Shown here: positions 38,639 through 50,420 of the stretch, in pieces
How the letters are laid out: every line of letters begins with the position of its first letter
How positions within the stretch are numbered: position 1 is the first letter of the stretch
Assembly: GCF_000143415.4 (NCBI RefSeq)
Contig: NW_003314314.1
Coordinates: forward strand, 250,263-314,262
Direction of reading: 5' to 3'
Origin: Selaginella moellendorffii
Lineage: Eukaryota > Plantae > Lycopodiophyta
Length of the DNA stretch: 64,000 nt
Notes under the pieces: generated by a model
Seen by the model: the letters and a program-made list of their open reading frames with translations, nothing else
Database searches by the model: none
Told to the model about the DNA's origin: nothing
Translations under genes and position numbers: made by a program

Positions 38639-41047
38639 TTATTTCCAGCTTAATAATCCAAATCTAGAGTTTTGGTAGTCAAGCACAATTAAACACGTCT
38701 TTAGCAACCGGCCACACAAGAGACCAGCCGTGTATTGGGAGACATCCAGATTCCCAACCTTGTACCTCAAGAATAAGGCCTCTAGCTTCTCGAAAACAAA
38801 CCCTCCAAATTCAAGAGTTTGGATCTCTCCAGTGCCAGCCTGCGTACGTACGTGAAGACTAGAGAAATACGTGAAAACTCAAGAGCTCTTACCACAAGGC
38901 CTCCACCTCCACTGCTTGATTCCTTCACACTTCCACATTGCAAGCGCTCATCAATGCCTGGAAAATACTCTCGTGCTGCTCTTGCGTGGAGAATTACATC
39001 GGCTCCGCCAGCACCAGTGTCCAGTAGAAGTAGAACTTGATGGCCGTTGATTTTCGCTGGAACGTAAGGCAGGTTGTCCAGAAGAATCATCTCCTGAAAA
39101 ACTTTACGTGCTTAGCTCGCATGTTTTCTCCATGATAGCAATGCAAAACATACCTGCCATTGTAGATTACTTGAGGGTACGTATGATGCCGGATCGAAAA
39201 CGCACAGCAAGCCTTTGCTCACGGACATCTGTAGATGGATTTAAGAAACACAATGACCACAAACGACAAAATAAAAAAGGAAGGAAGATACATGCCTCAA
39301 TGACGCAGTGGAAGAAAAGGTCGAAGCCGCAAACTCCAATAATCGCTTCGGCTGTTTCTCCGACGCCTCGGACCGAAGTTTCAATGTAGATGGGGTTCAC
39401 AATCTTCAAGCCACCTATCTGGAATTGTTTTCCTCTCACAAACCTGCTTCTTACCTGAGATGAAATGAAATTCACTATGATAATGAAAGGACCCGACCGT
39501 GTCTCTTACCCGAGTTTCAACACCTAGCAAATGAACTTCTCCAAATCCTTCCATGCCAAGTTCTCTTGTCTAGAAAAGTTTGTGAGAGCTTATCAAAAGA
39601 GTTCAATCCTCAAAAACAAAATCTTTCATACCTTGTTAGCGTCGATCATAAGCCCACTGGCCCCTGTGTCCAAGAGGAAGTATCTGAAACCAGGACCACA
39701 TTGAAATTAATAATCCATGCAAAGAAAAGGCATACTACCCAATATCCTGACCATCAACAAGTGGTCGAACCAAGCAGTGCCCACTTTCACATCCAAAGAG
39801 CTGCAAAACAACCAAAGTTTCCAATGAAGAGCTGTGGTTGTCAAAGAGAGAGCTTGCTAACCTTGACATTAGGAGACACCCCAGCGTCAAATTCTGCATG
39901 AGGATACACGCCGTCTCGAGGTAAGAAACGCGACGAAGGCAGTACAAACACGGAACTATCTTCATTACTTCCAACTTTCGAACACGAGACGAAAATGGAA
40001 TCGATAGAACCTGAGCTGGTGACATGGGCAACCGACAGAGGAACTTGGCACTTGCACTCAGGCTAGAAATGGCACCACATTAGTATCGTAGAATCCCAAA
40101 CGAAGACGAGCAAAAAAGAGAGAGAAACCTCTAAAGTTTGCCAGTCCGAGTAGCCCCACGACTCTATTTCTCCGCAGACTTTAGCAACCAGCCGCGAAGG
40201 TAGAAAGGAGACACTGTCCACAACCACACTGGCCACCACCTAAGATCATAGGACCTGCAAAGTTAAGTAATTCATACTCCTCCTCTTCAAAGAAAGAAAG
40301 ACACACGACTTGCCTTGTCAAACTCCTTTATCTTCACATCCAAAATTTGCATGCGAGGATTCACAGCAACCGGCAAGTCCCCAGCGTCGGTCCTGTGCTT
40401 GATGCTTAGTTTTTCTTGTCCTTCCGCCGTGAGCCAGTAGCCATTGCGGATCCAAGCGGTGAGCAAACAAAGCTACACAAGATCATACTTACATCGTAAG
40501 TTGATAGAGCGTGAAAAGACAACTAACCTCGAGGCTATCAAGCTGGAGTTTCGTCACTCGACCAGCAAAATCAGCGTACCAAGTGTTTCTTCCATCGTGA
40601 GCCCATTCCACAGTGAAATGCTCGCCTTTAAATCTCTCATGGAAGCGACCATCCGCGCACCAAGTAAATTTGTAGTCGCCTTTCATATCCATAAACCATT
40701 GCTTCCCTACGTGAAAGAAAAATCGCTTTAGCCCAACCTTTGAGAATGAGAAGCCAAAATCCCGACAAAGAAAGAGCGCAAATTCTAGCGAAAACATCGA
40801 ACGAACCTGTCATTGTGATGAATTTATCAGCGCATTCGCCCTCCACATTCTCAATCCCTAGAGCGTCCCTCATTCTTTCGATGCACTCCTCCACAGGGAC
40901 CAAAATCCTCGCCGCCGCAGCGCAGAAGCCGCGAATCTCTCTCCTCCTGCTGCTGCGATGGCGATGGCCACAGCAAAACAAATCCCTCGCTCGCATTGCG
41001 CGCTCTCCCCTGGGATCAAACACACCGCTCGCGCAGACCATCGCCAT
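38639..41047 (-). CDS. Retropepsin-like (Asp_protease_2-type) domain protein, multi-exon host gene
   Basis: LPYVPAKINGHQVLLLLDTGAGG; GVCGFDLF; terminal GLLCGRLLKTCLIVLDYQNSRFG; many short introns. Confidence 0.7.
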
Positions 41048-41267
41048 GGAGCGATGGACGGCACAGATGCTATCTAGGGCTAAATCCAGAGCCGTCCGAT
41101 GACGATTTTGGCGCTCCTTTATCCTTGAGGTTTTATATTGACTTTCATTGACTTAGGTTGACTGACTTGCACTGACGTTTTGAGCTCTTCGACACTCTTT
41201 CTTCCCAAGATCATGCGTGGTCTTTTGCGGCAATTGCCAAAAGTCCTCCGGCAAAAAAGATCTCGTC

Positions 41268-42947
41268 TCACTGGAATTGTGCTTCTTTTCGCTCCAGGAG
41301 CGCCTTCCTCTTTGCGTTGAGCGCGCTCCTCACGATCAGCGCGTCGTTTAACATCCCCGCCGCAGTGAAGACGCTGGCGAGAACCACGTACGGACCATCG
41401 TCCCGCGGTGACACCCACATCAGCCTCTCGCCCGACCGCACCGCTCGCTCCGTGTCGCGGTGCACCTCGCACGCTGCCAGCAGTGTCGACCACGCCACCG
41501 GATTGGGCACAAACGGCATCGCCTCGATCAGATCCTCGGCGAGATCCAGCCGCCCAGTCCGACACAGAAGCGTGATCACACAGTGGTAGTGATCGCTCAC
41601 CGGTCTGATGCTAAAGTCGGAGGACATGGAGACGAAGTGTGAGAGGCACTCTTCTACCATTCCCGTGTGGCTGCAAGCGGCAAGAACACTCGTGTAGGCA
41701 ATCTCGTTTGGTCGTACGCCATCCAAGCTCATGCTTTGGAAGAGATCGACGCAGCGGGAGTTATGCCCGGACTGGGCATACGCTGTCACCAAAACGTTCC
41801 AGGACGCCGTGTTTCTCTCTGGCATATCTGTGAAGAACTCCTTGGCTTCGATTTCGAGACCACTCTGTGCGTATGAAGCCACCATTGCGTTCATTGAGAC
41901 AACGTTTTTGGATGGGATTTTGTTAAAAAGTGCTATAGCATCTTGGATATGCCCGTGTTGGGCATATCCTCCTACCATTGCGTTCCACGAAACCACATCT
42001 CTCTGGTCCATCTTATCAAATACGTTTTTAGCTTCTTCAATATCCTCGCATTGTAAAAACGCTGTGAGGATTGAGTTCCAGGCCACCACGTCCCACTGTG
42101 GCATTCTCTCAAACATTCCATTGGCTTCAAAGATATGCGCAGCTTGAGCATACGCCGCAAGCATTGTCGTCCACACCACAATGTCTCTCTTTGGCATCTG
42201 CCCAAACAGGACATTCGCTTCGTCAATCTGCCCATTTTGCGCATGCCCCTGGATCATGCTCGTCCAAAGCAGCAAGGACTTCTCTGGAGCCTCATCAAAC
42301 AGCGCTCTTGCCTCCTTGCTCTTGTTACCCTGTGCGTTGAGAGCTTCGACCGCAACCGCCCACGACACCAAATCACACTGAGGCATTCTCTTAAAAACAT
42401 CCAAAGCCTTGTCGAAATGCCAAGACTGGGTATACGCTGCTATCATGCTGTTGTAGGCGATCACATCTCTCTCCGGCATCGCGAGAAACATGAGTTCCAT
42501 CTCGTCAAAGTGGCCGTGATGGCCTAGAGCACGAAACATAGTCGCCCAAGCCACTAAGTCCCAGCACGGAAACCTCGCAAACACCTCTCGGGCGTTTTCC
42601 AGATTGCGCCTCTCGGCATTTGCTTGAAAAAATGAAGTCCAAGCAATCACATCTTTCACTGGCATTTGATCAAAAAACCATTTGGCTCTCTGGAGTCTCC
42701 CATGCTGTGCGTGGGCTTTAAAGATAGTTGTCCATGAGACCACGTCCTTGCTCGGTATGGACGCAAATAGGGCATCAGCCTTAGAAAGATGCCCGGCTCG
42801 GGCATATCCCGCGAGGATAATGTTCCATGAGGCTGTGTTTTTGTTGACAACGGAATTAAGAAAATGCTGGGCTTCATCTAATTTTCCAGCGCTTACAAGC
42901 CTCTTAATCACAGCATTTGGTGATACATTGCAGGTGCTCCTTAGCAT
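41268..42947 (-). CDS. Pentatricopeptide repeat protein, PLS class with E domain
   Basis: Repeated MPxRDVVxWN motifs; DHYHCVITLLCRTGRL..MPFVPNPVAWSTLLAAC (E domain); no DYW domain. Confidence 0.93.
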   Translation of the reverse strand: MLRSTCNVSPNAVIKRLVSAGKLDEAQHFLNSVVNKNTASWNIILAGYARAGHLSKADALFASIPSKDVVSWTTIFKAHAQHGRLQRAKWFFDQMPVKDVIAWTSFFQANAERRNLENAREVFARFPCWDLVAWATMFRALGHHGHFDEMELMFLAMPERDVIAYNSMIAAYTQSWHFDKALDVFKRMPQCDLVSWAVAVEALNAQGNKSKEARALFDEAPEKSLLLWTSMIQGHAQNGQIDEANVLFGQMPKRDIVVWTTMLAAYAQAAHIFEANGMFERMPQWDVVAWNSILTAFLQCEDIEEAKNVFDKMDQRDVVSWNAMVGGYAQHGHIQDAIALFNKIPSKNVVSMNAMVASYAQSGLEIEAKEFFTDMPERNTASWNVLVTAYAQSGHNSRCVDLFQSMSLDGVRPNEIAYTSVLAACSHTGMVEECLSHFVSMSSDFSIRPVSDHYHCVITLLCRTGRLDLAEDLIEAMPFVPNPVAWSTLLAACEVHRDTERAVRSGERLMWVSPRDDGPYVVLASVFTAAGMLNDALIVRSALNAKRKALLERKEAQFQ

Positions 42948-43069
42948 GCTTTTGAAAATGCCATGTAGCTGAGAGCTATATGCTATTAATTAAACCAACT
43001 TATTCAGTTTTAAAGATTTAAAACTAAAGTCTGGATTAAAAGCAAGGTTAGAAGAAAACCAAGCAATAT

Positions 43070-44199
43070 CTCTCATGAGAATCCATTTTCAAGTATGACC
43101 AAGTCGCAACACTTCTTTGAAGACCGCTTCGATGTAAGGTAAGTTGTCGAGGTCCGAGTGCTTGACAAGTCGTGATTTCTGTGTCGTGTTCTTTACTTGT
43201 GCTCTCTCCATCGCTGTGGGATTTTCATAACTTCGGCCATGGCCCAGATCACTGTCCACTTGATCGTGTCAACTCCAGCGACAAGTATATCTAATGCAAG
43301 AGTGAGTTCCAGCGTGGTAAGTATGTAATATATCACTCACAGAATCTCTCTAAGTCCCTACAAGACATATCAATCATGCACTGCTCGCTGTAACTTACAG
43401 GGAGCAGTGGCGTGATTGATATCTCTTGTAGGGACTCGAGAGATCCTTGCGAACGAATCTTGCCCTCGAGACTCAATCCTTGCCTTGTTTTGCCTGTGAG
43501 CGCCAATCACTCGGGTTAGCAATCGTTCAACCTCTGGCATGAGAATATCCTTCATTCTCTTGTTTACTCCGTGGAGATCCAGGGCCGCGAAGCAGTTTCT
43601 AATGTTGACGTTGAGTGTTTGCCTCTCGATTTGGGCTCCCAGATTCAAAGCTCTCTCCTCTGTCCTGCCAAAGAGAATCAGACAAAACGCATCCGAGGTA
43701 AGCTTGCCCACTGCCTCGGTAAGGTTGACGAGAGTGCACGGTCGCCAGAGCTTTGGATGGCTTTGATCGATTTTGCCATCTCTAGCGCATAGATCACCGC
43801 GGCACCATCCAGTCTCGTGTTGCTCATCAAGTGCCTGCTTGTGGGCAAGAGCAATGTCTTTGAAGCCATAGCTGAAGTACTCTCCACTCAAACTTTGTAG
43901 CTGGGCGATAGGCAACTCCAAATCGCGAGTGATCAAGGCCTCCCTGGCTATGGGAATCTTTGTTGATGACAATGTAGTCCACCACTCCCCCTCTCAGGTG
44001 GATGATCGGGCCATAGATCTTGCCAAGGCTTGCGAAATGGCGATGGAGTGGATATCTTAGAAAAAATGGATCCAACGATTGGCAGGGAGATCGGACCTGG
44101 TGGTAATTTTCTAAGACTTCTCACATTGCAAAGAATGGAGTATAGAGCAAGCAGTGCACAGCAAAGAAAAAGCAACATGGTGGAAGAAATCAGGGCCAA
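43070..44199 (-). pseudogene. Cytochrome P450 (CYP71-clan-like) pseudogene, frameshifted and truncated
   Basis: TM plus LPPGP; YGPIIHLR in another frame; I-helix AGVDT; LPYIEAVFKEVLRL (ExxR). No heme-binding motif seen before the PPR gene. Confidence 0.85.
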
Positions 44200-44399
44200 A
44201 GTGGCAAAGTCAAGGAAATTATCGCTGGAGTGATGGTTTACAAAAAGTAATGATGCAGAGATTCAACTCGAAGAACTTGAGCGAGGCAAGGAAAGTCTAT
44301 AAAGGAACAGGCAGGACTTGACTCTTGGAAAGTGATGCTCGAGATTTATGGGACTTCCACGTTCGAGATTTGATCAGATCAGTGACATTCTTTTGGCCA

Positions 44400-45020
44400 A
44401 GGAATGGGGATATTGATGCGTGTTAGGATGGGATCCAGGCTTACGTGAAAAACTTGCTTTTGGAAAGAGCGATGGAAATGTTTAGAGAGATGCCATCACC
44501 GGATACTGTCTCTTACCAACCGTGATTGCCGCCTTTGCCACAGTGGGGGAAAGGCATGCGATCAAAGGACGCGAGATCATTGCGTTCCACCTCTCAGCCT
44601 CCAGCGTCGGCTCTATGCTTGCGGATCCAAGACGTGAGCAAACACAGCTACACAAAAAACAAGAAGAACAGCGAGCAAGCGTACCTCGAGGTTATCAGGC
44701 AACGGTTTCGTCAGCCATTCCACAGTGCAATGACATTGGCAGAAGTGGAAGAAGAAGAAGACGGTGGTGGTGGTGTGGCCGTGAGTGCCGGCGCCGCGGG
44801 CAGTGGAAGAACTAAGACTCCCCTCGTCCTGCGCTTCTTCTTGGCGTTTAAATCTACTTCCAAAGAAAGAAGAAAGATCACTTTAGCCCAACGGTTTTCG
44901 ATCACTCTAACACTTCTGACGAGGAATCCAGTGACTTGGAATGCGCTGATAGCCGGCTACAGCCGGCATGGCGACACCGAGAAGGTGTTCCAGCGGATAC
45001 TAGACAAGGGATTGTGGCCG
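44400..45020 (+). pseudogene. PPR fragments
   Basis: MFREMPSPDTVSY...VIAAF and RNPVTWNALIAGYSRHG, in broken frames. Confidence 0.6.
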
Positions 45021-45204
45021 GGGTTGAAACACATTCTTGTTCCCCTGCACCTGGAAGCTCGTCACGGTCATGTACTCCCGGTACCGCTCTCGATGTGGAT
45101 CACGTACCTCCGCGCGCTCGTGGGGCTGATCGCGTCCAAATTGTCCCCACGGCGTGCGCACCGTTGACCAGGCCACGGTCAGCTTGTCGATGCAAGAAGG
45201 AAAA

Positions 45205-45385
45205 ATCCGCCAAAGTCATTGTGATGAATTTATCAGCGCATTCGCCCTCCACATTCTGGATTCCTAGCGCATTCTCTCGACGCACTCCTCCACAGGAACC
45301 AGAATCCTCGGCGGGGCAACGCAAAAGCCGCGAATCTCCCTCCTCCTGCTCCTCTCATGGCGAAACGGATCGCACAGATGCAATC
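45205..45385 (-). repeat. Duplicated, deleted fragment of exon 1 of the protease gene (~40805-41070)
   Basis: GTCATTGTGATGAATTTATCAGCGCATTCGCCCTCCACATTC is identical at ~40808 and ~45215. Confidence 0.85.
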
Positions 45386-45899
45386 ATCCAGAGCCATTAA
45401 ATCTTGGACGTGCTTGAGAGGATGACATGTGGTGTCATTCACGGCCTTGATCCAGGTCTACGCGAGAAGAGGAGGGATGGAGAAAGAAAAGGAACGCCAT
45501 CTCTACAACATATGATTCCAAATTTTGCTTTCGGGATGCCACTGTTTCCGAGAGTCTCAATCCTCGGCAACTTTGACCTATACGTCCGCGTGACTCTTTG
45601 ATCAATGTAGCAGTCAATTCTATCTTACGCTCTTTGGCCGTAATTAAGATTTCTAATATGTTTTTGTTTTTCTTGTTTTTTTAAATTCAAGTGATCGTTC
45701 ATTTGGCAAATTGAAGCTATGGACAAACTCAAGAAGAACGGCACAAGTATTTTCTAGCGTCATTGTTTCTTCCTTGTTTCTAGGATCAAAGCCGAGTGTA
45801 CTTCCGAGATGCAATTAAAACTTTACTTTTTAGTCGATTTTCTGAATCTCACAATCGTTTTTATATGAATAGAAAGTAAAGACCTTGATTCTCAGCTAT

Positions 45900-48830
45900 T
45901 CAAGTTCTTCTGCTGCTCAGAAACTTATGCTTGTTTTACGAAATTTTTATAGCCGTTAAGCTGCTCGTCGATCTTTTCTCCAAGTTTTAGATTTTTAGAC
46001 TTAAAAAATCGCTGCTTTTTTACTTTTCAAGCTGCTGCGCCTCTGCTTAAAAAAAGCCACTGCTCTTTCTGCCACTCTGCTTTCTAAATTTTCAAGCTGC
46101 TGCCCCTGCTTGCTTTAAGAAAGTGTTTTAGTCTTTGCTTCTGCTTCCTGTGTCCCCCAAGTTTTAGATTTTCGAACCTACTATCGAACTTGCTCAATCT
46201 AATGACAATTGTTCCGATTACAGTTTCGCTGCTTCAAGTCAAACATCTCGGAGACTATGCTGAGGAGCTGCTTATTCTGGCCCACTAGTAAGTAAAAAAC
46301 TTCTTTTCCACTCTATTAGAAAATAGTCTGTTCACCATCTTAGGAGTGGCCGTCCTTGTATGTTAAAAACTTTGGAGATCCAGAAGACTATCACAAAAGG
46401 CATATCAGGCTGGAGCAATTAGTATTTAGTCTCGCAGATTACCTCGCAGAGAAAAAACGCGGCCTCCTACGAAGTTGGAGCTCAGAAGATTTCCAGCAGA
46501 GCAGAAAAACAACAAGAAAATACCACAAAGTGTGTGTCGCTGTAGGCCTTGAGAGCTTGCTTCTGCTGTTTAACAACACGGATGAAAAAAATGGAAGAGG
46601 ACGACTCTACGTACCCTCGGTCCAGATTGCTCGATTGTAAAGGTGGCCATTGCCTACTGTTGCTTCGTGTTAGCGCTCCAGCAGATAAAAAATACCCACG
46701 TCAGAGGCAAACATCCGGTGAATCCGCACCACTGGCTCCAAGCAGCTTCATCGAGATCGAGATCGAGATCATTCCTTGATGATATAGTATCACCCAAGTA
46801 CGATCCCGGACAGCGTTGAGCTCTCGTCACGTTTCCGTCAATTACTCAGCATCCCATCTTTTGCTCCATGCCAAAGTTTGATGGACTGTCCTTGACTTCC
46901 AGAGCTCGGCTGGCCGACTGCTCCGCCTGGAGCGCCGCTTTCGACTTCTTGTGCTGCTCCATCGTCTTGGACACCTCCGAAACTTTGGAGTCAAGTGAGA
47001 ATTTCTCCTCGAGAGGGTTGATCTTCGCTTGACTTAAGCTGGTAGCTCAAACTTGGTGCTTTGGAGGCCTGCTACTGTTTCCCTGTGCTGCTCGACCTGC
47101 TCGGAGATTTCGATATACTCCCAAGTTTTCCTGCATTTGACGGCCTCGAGCTGACCAATCCTTGCAGCCGGTTTCTCGAGCTCATTTCTCGTTCCTTCGA
47201 CGTGCTTAGAACCTCTCGGACAGTTTGTTCGTGTTCTCTTCTCAGGGAATCGGCTTATTCTTCCGCCACTTCAGGCCTAGGCATCGGAGCTTCGTGCTGA
47301 GAAGCTCGAGTGGAAGGACGCATGGACAGAGCTTGAGGAGAGGCATGCGAAGCCAGATGGCCTGGTAAACTCTGCAACAGCTTCTGCGTTCGATGACTCC
47401 TCTAAAACTAGTCCTTTCGTCTTAAAGTTCGCTCCAGCAGATACCAGACTGCACGTCAGAGGCGAACAGCAGCAGTCCTGTGAATCCTTCCAATCGCTCC
47501 ACCGTCACAAGCAGCGTCATCAAGATAATCTTCTTGCCATCATCATCTTCTTGAGTTCCCTTGCAGCAACCTGCCACTGAGTTCCTTGCTGATACTATCA
47601 TCCGAGCAGCTGTACGAGCATTCCTGGACAGGGTTGGAGTTTCAAAGTCTCCGCTCTAGCAAATGACAGAGAACGTCGAGCGTAGTCTGTCTTATAGTCT
47701 CCGCAGCATCTCTCTGAATCCGATATCCCCCACCGTCACGAGCAGCTTCAGCTATATCATATTCTCGCCATCTTGCATCGTTCCTCGCTGAAGCTGTGGA
47801 CAGCCTTGGAGCATTATACCGCAGCAGCACCTCCTGAATCATCTCCGTCGACTGGGAAGCTGATCAGATAGACCCCAGACAAGTCCAACTTTATAGTCGT
47901 TGAACACCAGCCTCCTTAGCTGCTTGACTGGAGAGCTTTGACCAGAGTGCAAGCTCGATTCTTGAGTTTCCTTGCAGCAATCTCGTCTTGATCCCTTCCT
48001 AAGCTGCATCCTGGTTCTCGCCATCATCTCTTCTTGAGTTTCACTCGGAGCTGCTCAACTGGTCGGGGATGTTGCTTGCAGTGGCATACATCCCAGCTTG
48101 CGTACTCTGATTGAAGAGGAAGCTCTCCAGCAAAGAGCAGTGATTCTCGAGCAGTGACAAAACACCGTCCACTCCTGTTTCCAGTCTCGTTTCCAGTCTT
48201 GTATTCTCGTCGTTCCTTGCTGATAATCCTCCGACCATGTTGAGAGAAACCATGACCACAACCATCCCTTCCCTCGACATTGGCTTCCGCGAGCGAAGTC
48301 ACCCCAGCTCTCTACAACAAACACGGGAGTTATTGGCAAACCGCCCGAATCCAAAAACTAACGAAAAGAAAAGCTTGCCTGTCTTCTCCAGAATTCTCGG
48401 ACGAAGTCGTCTCCCGCGCGATCACAGATCTCCTTGGCCACTTTCACAAACACCATTTTGCCGGATTTGCTCTTCCTCCACGGCTTCGATTCTTCAGGGA
48501 TTTTATCCAACTCCCTCTGAAGCCTCGCCATCTTCCGCGCTCTCTGGATCCTTACGCTGTCGCTAGATTTTCCGTTCAGTTCTTCGTACGTCAACTCGGC
48601 GAGCCTGATCAGAAGCTCCAATGCGCGGCAGCTCCAGGTGGCCCCCTCCTCGACCTCAACCACGTCCTCGTCCCTGACCTCGTCGTCGATCTTCTGGCTG
48701 CTCTCCTTCCTCTTTAGCTCTCTCGACGCCTCGTGAAGAGCTTCCAGGCGCCGGAACTCCAGAAAGCCCCCTCGCCCATCCTGGAGTCGGCTGCTGCGTG
48801 CCGTCGGGGAGAATGATCTGCGCTGATGGA
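45900..48830 (-). repeat. Third, more diverged copy of the arm gene family (same orientation as the left arm, head-to-head with the right arm)
   Basis: 46090-46120 resembles 3085-3120; 47560-47870 resembles 5420-5760. ORF 48358-48663 (LIRLAELTYEELNGKSSD..RARKMARLQ) is homologous to 50271-50987. Confidence 0.85.
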
Positions 48831-49270
48831 GAGAAGCGAACAGTCTTGGGCCTGGAACCTGGAAGTCCGAGAGACAGTGGTTAAGTCACGGAAGAAAGGA
48901 CGAGAAAGAGACAAACCAGACCGGCTGGCAGCAAAGCTGGCTTGGTTGGCTGCTCCTTTTCTGGCTCTTGATCCTTGGTTGGCTGCTCCTTATTTTGTGA
49001 TGAAACCTTGGTGGCAGAGAGTATGTGTGCTTGGTAACAAGATGCAGCTCAACAGCAAACATGAACAAAATTGACTTTGCATTTTCCTGCACGACATAAA
49101 GCATAAGCTTTAAGGAGAATGATAGGCACTTACCTTGTGAATTCAATGCTCTTGAAGTTTTGTTATGTCAGGAAGTTTGCATGTCAAGAATGGCACATCT
49201 AGGGTAAACATCTAAACATTCACCGACAAAGAAAACGCATAAAGACTATTTACTTACTATAGCTACCGTC

Positions 49271-49440
49271 TCATTTCTTTGTGAAAAGTTTTCGGAGGTC
49301 AGATGGTATCTGGTAGTTGGTTTGATCAGCACTCTCAAGCTGGAAGCATTCTGGAACAAGTCCCTGGAGCTGGTTTCTACTCACGTCTAGATGCTTGAGA
49401 GATGAGAGTGTGTAAACATCTTCCGGGATAGACTGCCAGA
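49271..49440 (-). pseudogene. LRR fragment (right-arm copy)
   Basis: SIPEDVYTLSSLKHLDVSRNQLQGLVP. Confidence 0.65.
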
Positions 49441-49519
49441 TTAGACTAAACGAACGCATTAATGTGAAATAGATTTAGTAAGGGTTAGGGCATTAAAGGC
49501 ATTTTGCAAAGGGCAAGCT

Positions 49520-50380
49520 ATGGCGCGAATAGAGCAGGAGCGCAGTGGATGCGTCACAGGTCTGTGGTCTCTCTTCCGACCAAAAAACGCGCACAAGGGC
49601 GACAAAAAGGTCCACCCGGAAGCCATGGACGCGGCGGCCTCGAAGCTGAAGGTCCAAGATCGTGTCTGTGAGGCCGTCTCGGGAGAAGCCATGGACGCCG
49701 CCGCCTTGAAGTTGAAGGAACTCAGGCACGAGGTGAAAATCGTGTTAGAAGCGATACGACAGGAGCGAGGGCACAAGGAGCCGATCAAGCCGATCAAGCC
49801 GGAACAAGAGAAGGAGGACGAAGAGGAGAATCAAGAGAAGAAAGCGGAGCAGCTGAAGGAAGAGAAGAAAGCCGAGCAGGTGAACGAGGAGGAGAAAGAA
49901 GCCGATCAGATGAAGCCGATGAAGCTGGAACAAGAGGAAGCCGAGAAGCAGCTGAAGGAGGAGGAGCAAGAGAAGAAAGCTGAGCAGCTGAGCGAGGAGG
50001 AGCAGGAGAAAGAAGCCCATGAGACGAAGGAACTCAGGCGCGAGGTGAAACAGGAGCAAGGTCACAAGGAGCAGCCGCAGCTGGAACGAGAGGAGAAGAA
50101 TCAGCCGATCAAGCCGATCAAGCCGATGAAGCAAGAGCAGGAACAGGAGGAGGAGCAGCAGATGAAGCCGATGAAGCAGCAGCTGGAACACGAGGAGGAG
50201 CAGACGATCAAGCCGATCAAGCAGCCGCTGGAACGGGAAGACGATCAAGAGAAGATGAAGCAGCAGGAGAATGACAAGCCCAATCAGGAGGAGCAGCGAC
50301 CCAAGCCAATTCTACTGCCAGCCGGGGGTCGTCGTCCAGGTATGGTTCCTTTTGCTTCTCGCATTCTTCTTCTATTGTGA
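49520..50380 (+). CDS. Glu/Lys/Gln-rich low-complexity protein (286 aa ORF; may splice at CAG|GTATG ~50340)
   Basis: Intact ORF with a duplicated EAMDAAA.KLK motif and PIKP/MKP repeats. Indels relative to the left copy are in frame. Confidence 0.6.
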   Translation: MARIEQERSGCVTGLWSLFRPKNAHKGDKKVHPEAMDAAASKLKVQDRVCEAVSGEAMDAAALKLKELRHEVKIVLEAIRQERGHKEPIKPIKPEQEKEDEEENQEKKAEQLKEEKKAEQVNEEEKEADQMKPMKLEQEEAEKQLKEEEQEKKAEQLSEEEQEKEAHETKELRREVKQEQGHKEQPQLEREEKNQPIKPIKPMKQEQEQEEEQQMKPMKQQLEHEEEQTIKPIKQPLEREDDQEKMKQQENDKPNQEEQRPKPILLPAGGRRPGMVPFASRILLLL

Positions 50381-50420
50381 CTCACGATGGCCTTCTGGAC
50401 TTGCAGGTTCCAGGCCGAAG

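Noticed and set aside
38782-39090. Retrotransposon protease
   Set aside because: It lies within a multi-intron gene with no adjacent gag, RT or LTR.
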